A stretch of 64,000 bases of DNA from Macrostomum lignano (Eukaryota): the NCBI GenBank assembly GCA_002269645.1, contig NIVC01000909.1:328622-392621 (forward strand), given 5' to 3'. The translations under genes were made by a program, and so were the position numbers. The notes under the pieces are model-generated. The model had not been told where the DNA came from, did no database searches, and saw nothing but the letters and a program-made list of their open reading frames with translations. This document shows, in pieces, positions 13,589-24,240 of this stretch. How positions within the stretch are numbered: position 1 is the first letter of the stretch; the number at the start of each line of letters is the position of its first letter.

Positions 13589-13819
13589 CTCCGAGTCGCC
13601 ATCCTCCAGCCCGTCCTCCAGCTCCTCCGCTGGCCAATCAGCCAGATAGTCTGCCAGCTCAGCGAAGCCGAATCTCAGCGCCAATTCGTAGGGCATCTCC
13701 TCGTCGGCGTTCAAAGGATGCGCGGCAGCTCCGTGGCGAAGCAGAGCACTGGCGCAATTCGAGTGGCCCAGAATGGCGGCCTCGTGAAGGGGACTGTTGC
13801 CGGATAGGGGGCAGCGGAT
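13589..13819 (-). CDS. shark: Shark/HTK16-like gene, exon 2 (ankyrin repeats 4-5)
   Basis: Acceptor cgcgcAG (13821-13820), 231 nt, phase 0/0: IRCPLSGNSPLHEAAILGHSNCASALLRHGA...EMPYELALRFG; donor GAG|GTGAGC at 13588. The ORF track shows only part of it. Confidence 0.9.
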
Positions 13820-13959
13820 CTGCGCGGCGATGGGGACGATAATTGGGGGAGGGGTTAATTCGCCTAATATTTCTTATCCTTTTCCCATTCTGACTTTACC
13901 TTGCCCTCTCTGACTCTCACATTCTTTCCCTGGCTCTAGCTCTCATCCCGAACTCTCAT

Positions 13960-14156
13960 TCCTGATTCTCTTATCTGACTCTCTCTGTGTCTCATCCCTG
14001 ATTGATTCTCTCATCTGACTCTCTCTGAGTCTCATCCCTGATTGATTCTCTCATCTGACTCTCTCTGTGTTTCATCCCTGATTGATTCTCTCATTTGACT
14101 CTCTCTGAGTCTCATCCCTGATTCTCTCATCTGACTCTCTCTGAGTCTCATCCCTG

Positions 14157-14206
<50 letters not shown>

Positions 14207-14300
14207 AGTCTCGTGGTTGATTCTCTCATCGCTCTCTCTCCGATTCTCATTTCTGGTTCTCTCATCTGACTCTCTCTTATCCCTGATTCTCTTAGCTGAC
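13960..14300. repeat. CT-rich ~39-bp repeat plus (CT)n in Shark intron 1
   Basis: Units like CTCATCTGACTCTCTCTGAGTCTCATCCCTGATT; (CT)n at ~14160-14203. Confidence 0.9.
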
Positions 14301-14408
14301 TCTCTCATTACCTGATCCTGCCATCCCCTGACTCTTCTACCTCCTGACTCGCACCCTGACTCTCCCACAGCATTTTCAAGTGTCAGATTTTGTCCACCTA
14401 AAGCTAAC

Positions 14409-15143
14409 CTGTGGATCAGCTTTCCCCAGCGTGAGCAGCAGCTCCACAACGCTGACAAAATCTTTCTGAGCAGCTCGATGCAACGCAGAATAACCAGCGC
14501 AGTCCCACAGTGCCGTATTTGCCCCAGCCTCCAACAGCAGTCTAACAGAATCGGCATTGCCAGTCTTAGCTGCATCAATCAAAGCTGTAGAACCGGTATC
14601 TGCTGATTTCTCATTCACAATAGATATTGACAACTGACCACTACTACTAGTAGTAGTCTTAGCCAACTGTAACAAGCTTAACAATAAGCGACGAATTTCT
14701 AATGTATCGCCGCGACGTACAGCCTCGTGCAGGGGGGTGGTTGTGCCATAGACTATCAGCTCCGCGGGCGGAGGCTCCTGCGCTTGTACGTGCCTACCCA
14801 ACCGTCTGACAATGCCGCCCGATGCTTCAACTAGAGCCCTACTAAAATCAGTTAGCAACAAATCCAAGCCGAGAAATTTCGATTCAGTTCCTCTTAATTG
14901 ATAGAAACCATCGTCCAATCGATCAATTGGATAGTGATAGATCGAGCCGTCAGTGTGCAGCAATGACAGAACATATTTGCCAGTGGCGCTGGAATATCTA
15001 ACTAGATAGTCGCCATGGCCGCCTTGAGCGTGTAAACGACGCTCAGTTTCTTCGCGACCCAACTGGCCGTGAAACCAGTATGGACGCTGCTTCTGCTGCA
15101 TGAGATGTTTAAATAATCCAGTTAGTGCCTTGTGTCTCTTCAT
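14409..15143 (-). CDS. shark: Shark/HTK16-like gene, first coding exon (SH2 + ankyrin repeats 1-3). Full CDS join(15143-14409,13819-13589,13179-12759,12183-11505,738-381) = 2424 nt, 807 aa
   Basis: WFHGQLGREETERRL...GDYLVRYS (SH2); TPLHEAV, TALIDAA, SALHRAA (ANK); donor CAG|GTTAGC at 14408. SH2-5xANK-SH2-TK architecture is diagnostic of Drosophila Shark / Hydra HTK16. Start ATG is the first in frame; an upstream exon cannot be excluded. Confidence 0.9.
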
Positions 15144-15374
15144 TTCTTCTAGGTTTCAGAACATTTTTGCTAATTGACTAAGCAATCTCAATAGAAAAAA
15201 AAGTTATTTTTTATAACACCTGCCTTAATGGACAGATGTGCAACCAACAGGGGTTCCAATTAAGTCAGGTCAAGAATCAAACCCCTGATCTCTCAGTTAC
15301 AAGCCGATGTTAAACCAATAAGCTACCATCTCCCAGCTTATCTAAGCTGAGATGCTGAGAGAAGCTGAGAAAAT

Positions 15375-16303
15375 TGCTAAGATGTCAAGGCTTATGGTAT
15401 GGGGGGAGGGGAATTGCTTAGATGTCAAGGCTTATGGGGGGAGGGGAATCGCTAAGATGTCAAGGCTTATGGGGGAGGGGAATCGCTAAGATGTCAAGGC
15501 TTATGGTATGGGGGGAGGGGAATTGCTAAGATGTCAAGGCTTATGGGGGAGGGGAATCGCTAAGATGTCAAGGCTTATGGGGGGAGGGGAATCGCTAAGA
15601 TGTCAAGGCTTATGGGGGAGGGGAATCGCTAAGATGTCAAGGCTTATGGGGGGAGGGGAATCGCTAAGATGTCAAGGCTTATGGGGGAGGGGAATCGCTA
15701 AGATGTCAAGGCTTATGGGGGAGGGGAATCGCTAAGATGTCAAGGCTTATGGGGGGAGGGGAATCGCTAAGATGTCAAGGCTTATGGGGGGAGGGGAATC
15801 GCTAAGATGTCAAGGCTTATGGGGGAGGGGAATCGCTAAGATGTCAAGGCTTATGGGGGGAGGGGAATCGCTAAGATGTCAAGGCTTATGGGGGAGGGGA
15901 ATCGCTAAGATGTCAAGGCTTATGGGGGAGGGGAATCGCTAAGATGTCAAGGCTTATGGGGGAGGGGAATTGCTAAGATGTCACGGCTTATGGGGGAGGG
16001 GAATTGCTGAGATGTCAAGGCTTGTGGGGGAGGGGAATTGCTAAGATGTCAAATCTTGTGGGGGGAGGGGAATTGCTAAGATGTCAAGGCTTATGGGGAG
16101 AGGGGAATCGCTAAGATGTCAAGGCTTGTGGGGGAGGGGAATTGCTGAGATGTCAAGGCTTGTGGGGGAGGGGAATTGCTGAGATGTCAAGTCTTGTGGG
16201 AGAGGGGAATTGCTGAGATGTCAAGGCTTGTAGAGGAGGGGAATTGCTGAGATGTCAAGGCTTGTAGAGGAGGGGAATTGCTGAGATGTCAAGGCTTGTG
16301 GGG
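15375..16303. repeat. 34-35-bp G-rich minisatellite (GAATCGCTAAGATGTCAAGGCTTATGGGGGGAGGG), left part
   Basis: Direct; continues at 20322-20560 on the other side of the P element. Confidence 0.95.
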
Positions 16304-16527
16304 CATAGATAAAGTATACCATAGATTCCACCCCTGCCCAGAATGTACACACGCTCGTGTCCAAACTTTGACCACCATAAAACTCACCGTGCTCTCATTG
16401 GCTGGCGCGAAAGCCTTCCTTTCAACCCCTTCGATTTCATTCCCTCACCCCTTCCACACAAGAAAGCTTTATAACTTTAATGCGCGGAACGAAAGGATGT
16501 CTTACCAGTTTCAACAGTTTAGCAAGA

Positions 16528-18185
16528 ATGAAGTCGACACGCAAGTGTTCCGCTTTGGGCTGCAATTCCGTTCAACGGAAAGGCAGCGTGTCTTTTTTTG
16601 CCTACCCAATTAAGCAACCTTCATTACTTTCCGAATGGCTGTGCCACGTTGAGACAACGCCTGGATTTGCACCAACGTCCTGCAAATATTTGTGTGAACT
16701 GCACTTCAGTGCAGCAGATATTGCCATCGAGTCACAAGGTGCAAAATCGCCGGGCAGGTTTCGCAAGCGCTTGAGACCTGGAGTTGCGCCAAATTGCGAG
16801 TGGAAGGTGGATCCACCTGTTCTGGAGCCTGCGGATCCACCTGTTCTGGAGCCTGCGGATCCACCTGTTCTGGAGCCTGCGGAAGAATCTGCTAGCACCG
16901 AGCCACCCGTTCTTCACCGCTTCGACGAGGACCCCACATTCGAGGAGCAACGAATTAGCGCTGCGGATGCCAAGCGGTTGAAGAACAAGAAGACACTATC
17001 TGCTCTGCAACTCCTGCGACGTAAGTTGTCTAGGCGGCTGGCCTCCCGTGCAAGGAGGTATGCTTTGGCAAAGCAGCGTTCTAGGAAGCTGAAGACCTTC
17101 GAGCTCAAGCTGCTGGCCGCTGATCAGGCTTTGCAGCGTGCGATTGAGCAAAGGAAAGATTCAGAACTTGCAATGAAGCAGTTCCGCTGCCTGCTGACTG
17201 CGAAAGGAAAATCTTTGCTAAGCAACCCCATCCGTGAAAAGGCGGGTGCTTTTATCGAAGAAGTTCGGCGTTTTGCAAGCGAGCTGCACTACTGCTCACC
17301 ACGTGCGTATGCTAATCTTCGCCGCTACTTCCGGTTGCCTGCAGATGAGACGATTCGGCGCTGGAACAGATTTGAATGTCAGGCAGGAGTTACTGCTGTG
17401 TCCATCGAAAAGGTAAAGGAGTTGTGCTCCGAATCTGTTGCCATGCGTGACTGGGCACTCGTGATTGACGCGATGCACATTCGCCGAGAAATCTGCGTCA
17501 ATGTCGGCAGCAAGCGGTTTTCCGGGTTTGCGGATGTCGGTGCCGGAAGCAACTGCTCCGATGATCAGGAGCTCGCTCGTGAAGCGGTTGTTCTCCTCGC
17601 AGTTGGTCTCAGGAGCTCCTGGAAGCTGCCCGTCGCCTACATTCTGCCCAATTCCGCAAAGCCTGCACAGCAGGCGCACCTGATTTCTCGCACGATTGAG
17701 GAGTTGAACAGCGTGGGCGCTGTTGTGCGAGCCCTTGTATGCGACTGCGCTGCCGTCAACTTGGCGACTGTCAAGCTCTTCGGTGCAAGCATCCCTGAAG
17801 CCCCGAGTTTTACCATCAGCAGTCAGCAGCAGCGCGTTCATGTTTTTTTCGACAACTGCCATCTGCTAAAGCTCGTTCGCAACTCCTTATCCGACTTGGG
17901 CTGCTTCGTGCACAACGGATCCAGCATTTCGTGGCGCTTCATCGAACTGCTACACTCGTGCCAGCAGGCGGAAGGAGGCAGACTCGGCAACAGGCTCAGC
18001 ACCAGGCACATTGAGTGGAAGAGGCTCAGCATGAATGTTTCCCTGGCCGCACAGACGCTAAGTTCATCGGTGGCGGACGCTCTCCAGTTTCTGCAGGATG
18101 CGGGATGTCCAGAGTTCCAGGACTGTGGCGCCACTGTGAGGTTCATCCGCACGATCGACTCTCTGTTTGATGTCTTCAACTCTCG
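16528..18185 (+). CDS. P-element transposase exon 1 (THAP domain, coiled region, first two catalytic Asp, GTP-binding insertion)
   Basis: MKSTRKCSALGC...FFAYP...W...CELHF (C2CH THAP); LVIDAMHIR and LVCDCAAVN (catalytic D, D); DNCHLLKLVRN and MNVSLAAQTLSSSVA motifs; donor CG|GTGAGT at 18186. Confidence 0.92.
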
Positions 18186-18477
18186 GTGAGTTAAAAATGA
18201 CACTATATAATTGCACTTCTGTATGTAGCATTGTTTATTATATTTGCAAGTATAACATAGTCTGGTCGTAAATTATACTCAATTTATTAGCTGTATATTT
18301 AGTACCATGTTATTCTATTTTAAAGTGAAAAATAAGTCAAATTATTTTTTGTACCAATACACAGGCGAATTCATTATTATGATTACATAATTGAAACTAA
18401 ATACGACAAATTGCATGTAATAAATTAATAAATGTATTAATAAATAAACTATTTCATACTTTCTCCTCTCCCAACAG

Positions 18478-18815
18478 ATCCACTGCAACCTACAGACTAA
18501 AAGGCCCCCTGTGGAATTGCCCATCGAGTCTGGCTGTCACCTTCAATTTCTGGACAGCGCGTGCTCCTTCATTCGTGAGCTGCAGACTGCGGACGGCAAG
18601 TCACTTCTGACGAGTCCTTGCCGAATGTGGGGCATCGGATACTGCTCCAATGCAGCTGCACTACGGCTTCTCGTCGATGACCTTTTTGTGACGGGCGCTG
18701 GTGACTGGAAGTTTTTCCTGACCTACAAAGTGTGCCAGGATCCCCTGGAGCACTTTTTCGGCGAAGTGCGACAGCGCGGCGGGTTCAACAACAACCCAAA
18801 CGTGGAGCAGTTCCG
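18478..18815 (+). CDS. P-element transposase exon 2 (catalytic Glu); apparent 1-bp deletion near 18505-18509
   Basis: Acceptor ctcctctcccaacAG at 18476-18477; FLTYKVCQDPLEHFFGEVRQRGGFNNNP motif; donor CG|GTGAGT at 18816. Spliced frame reads R-STATYRLKGPL and then needs +1 nt to join the ELPIESG frame. Confidence 0.82.
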
Positions 18816-18987
18816 GTGAGTGCACGGATTACTGCATTACTGATTACTCTTTTGCTGCACTCTTATTGCAGTACAATAGTTAATAGGTTATTTCCAGAAC
18901 AATTACGCATTTATTGTTGCATTGATGATAGAAGTTCGAGTTTTGGAATTGCAATCTACTCAGACTTACTTAATTATCCCGTTCCAG

Positions 18988-19621
18988 AGCTGCTTACCGG
19001 GCACTAGTTGGCCATCGAGTTGGAAAGCTTGGCTGCAAGTCACTGATGCCGCAGCTGCGACGATCGGCGGAGCTGCTCCCCGCCTCCACTACGGCCAATT
19101 GCGCCGCTGAGGTCTCCGACACCGTGAACCTGCCATCTGCGACTGCGCTCTCACTGGTCGGCGAGAACAACGCCGGCTACATCGCCGGCTACATTGGTCG
19201 GCAGCTCGTGAGCCGGCTGAACTGCATCTCGTGCAAGGAGGCGCTGGTTGGTTCTTGCCAGACGGTGAGGCTGGCGGCAATCAAGGACCAAGGAGGTTTG
19301 TTCCGCCCATCTGCTGACTTGTGCCGCTGTGTGCATTTCTGTGAGCTTCAACGCCGCGCCATTTCGCTTGGTGCCTTCAACTGCAAGACAGTTGACATGT
19401 TGGTCGCATCATCCGTGAGCGCAGCACTCTCCCAAGGTGTATTCGCTTCCCTGTCCTGTCATCAAGGCTCTGATGAAAATCATCGGTACTTTCTCATTCG
19501 GAGCATCAGTGAGAAGTACGCATTTGTTCGACTTGCCAACTCAATTCGGAGCTTCAACTTGTCAGCCAAGAGCTCAGTGCGCCACCAGCTATGTAAGAAA
19601 GTTATTTTTCTTGGACAGTAA
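18988..19621 (+). CDS. P-element transposase exon 3 (C-terminal domain)
   Basis: Acceptor ccgttccAG at 18986-18987, phase 2, gives QFR|AAYRALV; YIAGYIGR...CISC...GGLFRPS motifs typical of THAP9/P C-terminus; stop TAA at 19619-19621. Confidence 0.88.
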
Positions 19622-20321
19622 TTTTGTTTACTTTTTTTTCATTGGCCAGAAGCCAACGATTGTAAAAACAATACTTGGTTGACGTGTCGCGGTGCTTCGC
19701 TTTACTAAAAACTTCATTTACGTGCCAATGGCTTCTCTCTATTGCGTCCCACTTTTTGAGAATTGAGATGCTCTTCTCAATGATCCAAGTCATAAAAATA
19801 ATAATCTATCAGGCTGAATATGCTCTGCATTTTGCGCAATTTTTTATTATGATTTCGCTAAACTGTTTCACAATTTTTGCCAGACTTTTATTTTATGGCT
19901 AATGTCGTTTTCCAGTTTGCTCATACGAGTATTAGTTTATTCACTTCAATGTTATAATAAAACAGCAAAAAAACTGACATTGTCACGACGAATTTTGTCT
20001 TGTCTTTGGCTTTTAACTGCATGAGTGTTTATTTTAACTACTAAACTGAACTTCTAAGAAAAAAGAAAACTGTTTGTTGCTTCATTTAATCAAGAAAAAG
20101 TATGCTAGTGTTGCTGGAAAATTTGAATCACGTTTTTTATACAAGTTGCAAGTCCTTTAAGGAAGAAAGATAATAGAAAAGCGGAGTTGGGGGAATGTAC
20201 ACACATGGACTCAATGTGCATAGCGTGGCCCAGCCAATAGGAGCGCAGTGAATAAAGTGATGGTCACAATTTAGACACTCCGCGAGGGTAGGGGTGGAAT
20301 CTATGGTATACTTTATCTATG

Positions 20322-20560
20322 TTGTGGGGGAGGGAATTGCTGAGATGTCAAGGCTTGTGGGGGAGGGGAATTGCTGAGATATCAAGTCTTGTGGGAGAGG
20401 GAATTGCTGAGATGTCAAGGCTTGTAGGGGAGGGGAATTGCTGAGATGTCAAGGCTTGTGGGGGAGGGAATTGCTGAGATGTCAAGGCTTGTGGGGGAGG
20501 GAATTGCTGAGATGTCAAGGCTTATAAAAGGGGATTGCTAAGATGTCATGGGGGGATTGC
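20322..20560. repeat. 34-35-bp minisatellite, right part (interrupted by P element)
   Basis: Same unit variant (GAATTGCTGAGATGTCAAGGCTTGTGGGGGAGGG) as the units just left of the insertion. Confidence 0.93.
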
Positions 20561-21117
20561 TAAGATTCTATAGCTTATGAAGTGAGTTGTTGGGATATAA
20601 AGTCTTATGAAAGACTTGCTAAAATGCTTTGGCTCATAAATTTTTAGATTGCCAAGGGATGGGTCAATTAAGAGTGATTGGTAGGCCAAACATTAAAGGG
20701 AAAGAAAAAGGTATAGTTAAGAGATAGCTTAAAGGGGATGCTGAAATCTTAGGCTAGAATATCTTACACTAGATAGCTAGCTTTTAGGGCAAAAGCTTTG
20801 TGCTTTCATTTAAAAAAAACTAAAAATAATGACACTATATAATTCTTATTCTTTGAAACACTTATGCAAATTTTTTTCTAAAAGCTTATTTGACTGTGTA
20901 ATCAAATATCATACATCTATCAAATATTAGAATCTATATATCATACAATTATAGTTAGGCCCTAAACTGAATTGAAAATAATTATTTAAAATAAAATAAC
21001 TAAATATACAAAAGTTAATTCACTATACTTATATACTAGAAAAACTAATCCTTGGAATTAGGAATGCCAAATAATATAATATCCTTAAAGATTGATATTG
21101 CTACTATATTACCAATC

Positions 21118-21325
21118 AGGCACTCATTTTGGCATAATAGGCACTCTTTTTAGTATCCCAGACACTTATTTTGGCACCAAAAGCACTACATTTTGGCACC
21201 CTAAAGAAAAATTATTGATTAGGCCTACCAGAATGGTTTATAAGGTGGGGTGAGGGACAAAGCATTGGCATTCCCTTCATAGCTTTTATTAGGAGGGGGG
21301 ACATGTCCCCTCTGTTCCCCCAACT
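21118..21325 (+). mobile_element. Decayed copy of the hAT-like MITE family seen at 23706 and 29231
   Basis: Shares ATTTTGGCACCCTAAAGAAAA and ACAAAGCATTGGCAT...ATAGCTTTT with the 29231 copy; termini lost; CpGs eroded. Confidence 0.7.
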
Positions 21326-21952
21326 GGGCCTAGTAGTAATGCAATTATCACCAATTTATGATATGATATATATCCCTTAAGGAATATACTGCTTTAAGTA
21401 TTGCTTGCTTAAAGCAATAGATCGATTTTAAGCATCACAAAAATGGATATCCATCCATTGTCCTACTCCTATTTAGCCATTTAGGGAATACAATCCCAGG
21501 ATCCTGGGATCCTATAATACTGGGATTTTAATTATGCTTGAATCCTGGGATTCTAAATTCTGGGATCACACTTGTCTGGGATTAGAAAATCCTAGGATTG
21601 ACCATTGGGATTCCAATCCTGGTTTGCAATAATTCAATCATTCATTCTCAAGTAGTAATATCTGCAGATAAGCTACTTGTCAGGTGAAAATCATAACCCA
21701 GTTGTCTTGCTTTGATTTAATAATCTTTTGAAGCATGCAGGTTAGTGAGATGGTAGGGCAGCAAGGATACAAAACTGAAACTGAACTGAAGATCATAAGG
21801 AGATTTCAGTTCAGGTATAATATATGTGCAACTATGGCAATGTTGTAGTTTGTTTCGCGTAATTATTTTTACTTTTGAATCCGCGCCAACGTCATGAACA
21901 ATCAAACAAGTGAACATTAACAGAATTATAACATCGCAGTAACAGGATTAAC

Positions 21953-22063
21953 AGGATATTAATGGGCAATCCAATACAGCACTGCACCGAAGACGTTGGT
22001 AGGGTACATGCGACGCCAGAGGAACTCTTCGAGATGACTTTCAAAGAGGGCATCGGATGTGGG
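21953..22063 (-). pseudogene. Merlin (IS1016/ISXO2-like) transposase C-terminal remnant
   Basis: Translates PTSDALFESHLEEFLWRRMYPTNVFGAVLYWIAH*YP, resembling the Merlin C-terminal pattern (S-Y/H-L-x-E-F-x-W-R...F...I...YP) from memory; in-frame stop; no TIRs found. Confidence 0.6.
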
Positions 22064-23705
22064 ATTATACGTGACGAATAAGGCGAATAAGACGGATTTG
22101 TGTAGCGGTTAATTTAGATAGTTCACGATTATTTAGCAGATCGGCAAGCCGCTTCAACCCTTAGACTTTTGCTAGTGCTACTTAAAATTGCTGGATCAGT
22201 TAATTAACTAATTGGTGTGCCAAGGTAGACGGCGGAAGAGTTGGTGTAAGGAGGCCAGACAGCGTCACAGCTAAGGGTTAGCAAGCCTAGGTCTAGAGAA
22301 GCGAAGCAAGGGGAAGGGCGAGAGCGGCTGCTGACTAGTGTAAGCATATATTTAAAGGTAAACAGACAACAACACCCTTAATCCAAAACCCAGACAAACA
22401 ACCCCCCACGCGGCGCGCAATGTACATGTACAAATTAATCGATAAATATATCATGCAAGAATAACATACGTCAGTACATGTACATAAGTAGAACTACTTT
22501 ACGAGAAATAATAACGATATGAATGAAATACAAATAATAGAATAAATACATACGAGGCTACAAAAACAAAGCAATTAACAGTAAAAATAGCGCGATAATA
22601 ATACGTACGAATATTGTGAAATTCATTATTCTTAATGAAAGAATACAGTAGTAGTACGGTATGCATATGAAAATAAAGAAATACGATACACGCTTCTACG
22701 AATCACACTGTCACATATAAATGATTGGACAGCCTCCTACTTTGAAAATAAAAGTGAACAATTCGGCTGAAAATGCGTTTCTGAAATTTATGTGGAGTAT
22801 GAAGGATTTTTACCAATAAAATAACTTTTGTAACGGTTTAGTAGCTATTGGTGGCTACCTCAACATTTTTCTGGTTGGCTGGACAGTTTCTATAAAAATA
22901 TGCGATCTAAATTTTCTTTCAACATCAGTAACTTGTCTTCTGAAAAAAAACTCAAAACCTTTGACTTGTAGATTACTGGTTAATACTACATTTTTACTAC
23001 ACACACTCATCTTGAATTGAAAAAAGAACATAAAAACGTCTTTAATTTATAATTTAGCATCACATACACAAAGGGTTCCTCAGAACTAAAATTGCTGAAA
23101 AAGATAATCAACTATACTACTACTACAAGTACACACACACGTAGATTCAAAAGTAAAACAAGATGCGTAAAATAATGACTCATCAGCAATTCCCCAAAAT
23201 TATTAAAACTTATACTCGAAAAGACGAAAACTTATACACGAAACATTGAATCCGTGCTTCAATTTGTGTTTCAATTTCGACGCAATTTTGTGCCTGTTAT
23301 CCTGTTGTATTTAAATAATGTAACATAAAACTTTTCAAAGAATATAAACAATCGATAGTCTGTTTTATATTGTGCGACAGTTACAAAAAAGGAGTAGTCA
23401 GCTGTTGTTTTATGAGCAAAACAGTACATGTAAAAAGCCTATTGTGACGTCCATTTTACGCATGACATGCCATGTAACATGTAAATTATAGAAATTAATT
23501 GTACGCGGGTACCACATGTGGACATTTTTTGTGAGTTTTAACGCAAAATACATATAGCTATTACCATAAATTCAGGCGTAAATTTTACGCTAAAAATGTA
23601 AAATTTGAGTATCACAGCTCACAGAAGTTATATATAAATTATATAGCTTAATATTACAATGTGCCTGTACATGATTTGTATTTACATGTACCTTGGTACA
23701 TGCAG

Positions 23706-24132
23706 CAGGGGCGCCGCCACCGGGGGGGGGCAGGAGGGACGTTTCCTCCCAGTAAAAGCTATGGGGACATGCCAATGCTTTATTAATTTGTCCCCCACCC
23801 CACCAGCCTAATTGTGACGGCCGTTATCCATCTACTAAAAATGGTCTATCGGTAGGTATCTATCTATCTAGGTAGGTAGGTATGCGATCGATTAGAGAAA
23901 AAACGGCTCAACGGCTTCAGGGCGACAAAACATAGGGCCTGCGGCACCAAAATGAGTGCCTGAGGGGCCAAAATGAGTGCCTGCGGCGCCAAAATGAGCG
24001 CCGACAACCAACGTGCACCGACTCTGAAAATAATGTACATGTAGCTGAATTTACTCTTGCATCTATATGTACACATGTAGAATTCTTAGCTTTGTCCCCC
24101 ACCATATACAGTAATCCAAGGCGACGCCCCTG
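23706..24132 (-). mobile_element. Non-autonomous hAT-like MITE (427 bp)
   Basis: Termini CAGGGGCGCCGCC / GGCGACGCCCCTG; colinear in reverse with 29231-29568; no clean TSD. Confidence 0.75.
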
Positions 24133-24240
24133 CATGACATGCAAGTAATTTTACTTGGTAAAAAATGGCGTTTATACAAGCACAATCCACAGTACACAAT
24201 GAAACAAGAGCCCATCAAAACACTATGAAACAACAGTCTT

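Larger units (their letters stand above)
16304..20321 (+). mobile_element. P-superfamily (THAP9-like) DNA transposon, full length 4018 bp
   Basis: Perfect 32-bp TIRs CATAGATAAAGTATACCATAGATTCCACCCCT (16304-16335; reverse complement 20290-20321); perfect 8-bp TSD TTGTGGGG (16296-16303, 20322-20329); internal THAP-DDE transposase. Confidence 0.96.

Noticed and set aside
13101-14578. (DRQT)n, (CLSV)n and (ER)n ORFs
   Set aside because: Microsatellite translations inside Shark introns 1-2.
18136-18141. Alternative phase-0 donor ACT|GTGAGG that would repair the transposase frame
   Set aside because: It would delete the conserved VRFIRTIDSLFDVFNSR segment, and the KGP-like motif appears only with the 18186 donor.
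16602-19351. Antisense and alternate-frame ORFs overlapping the transposase
   Set aside because: Shadow ORFs of GC-rich coding sequence without recognisable motifs.
23698-24140. Target-site duplication for the 23706 MITE
   Set aside because: Flanks ACATGCAG and CATGACAT do not match; none claimed.
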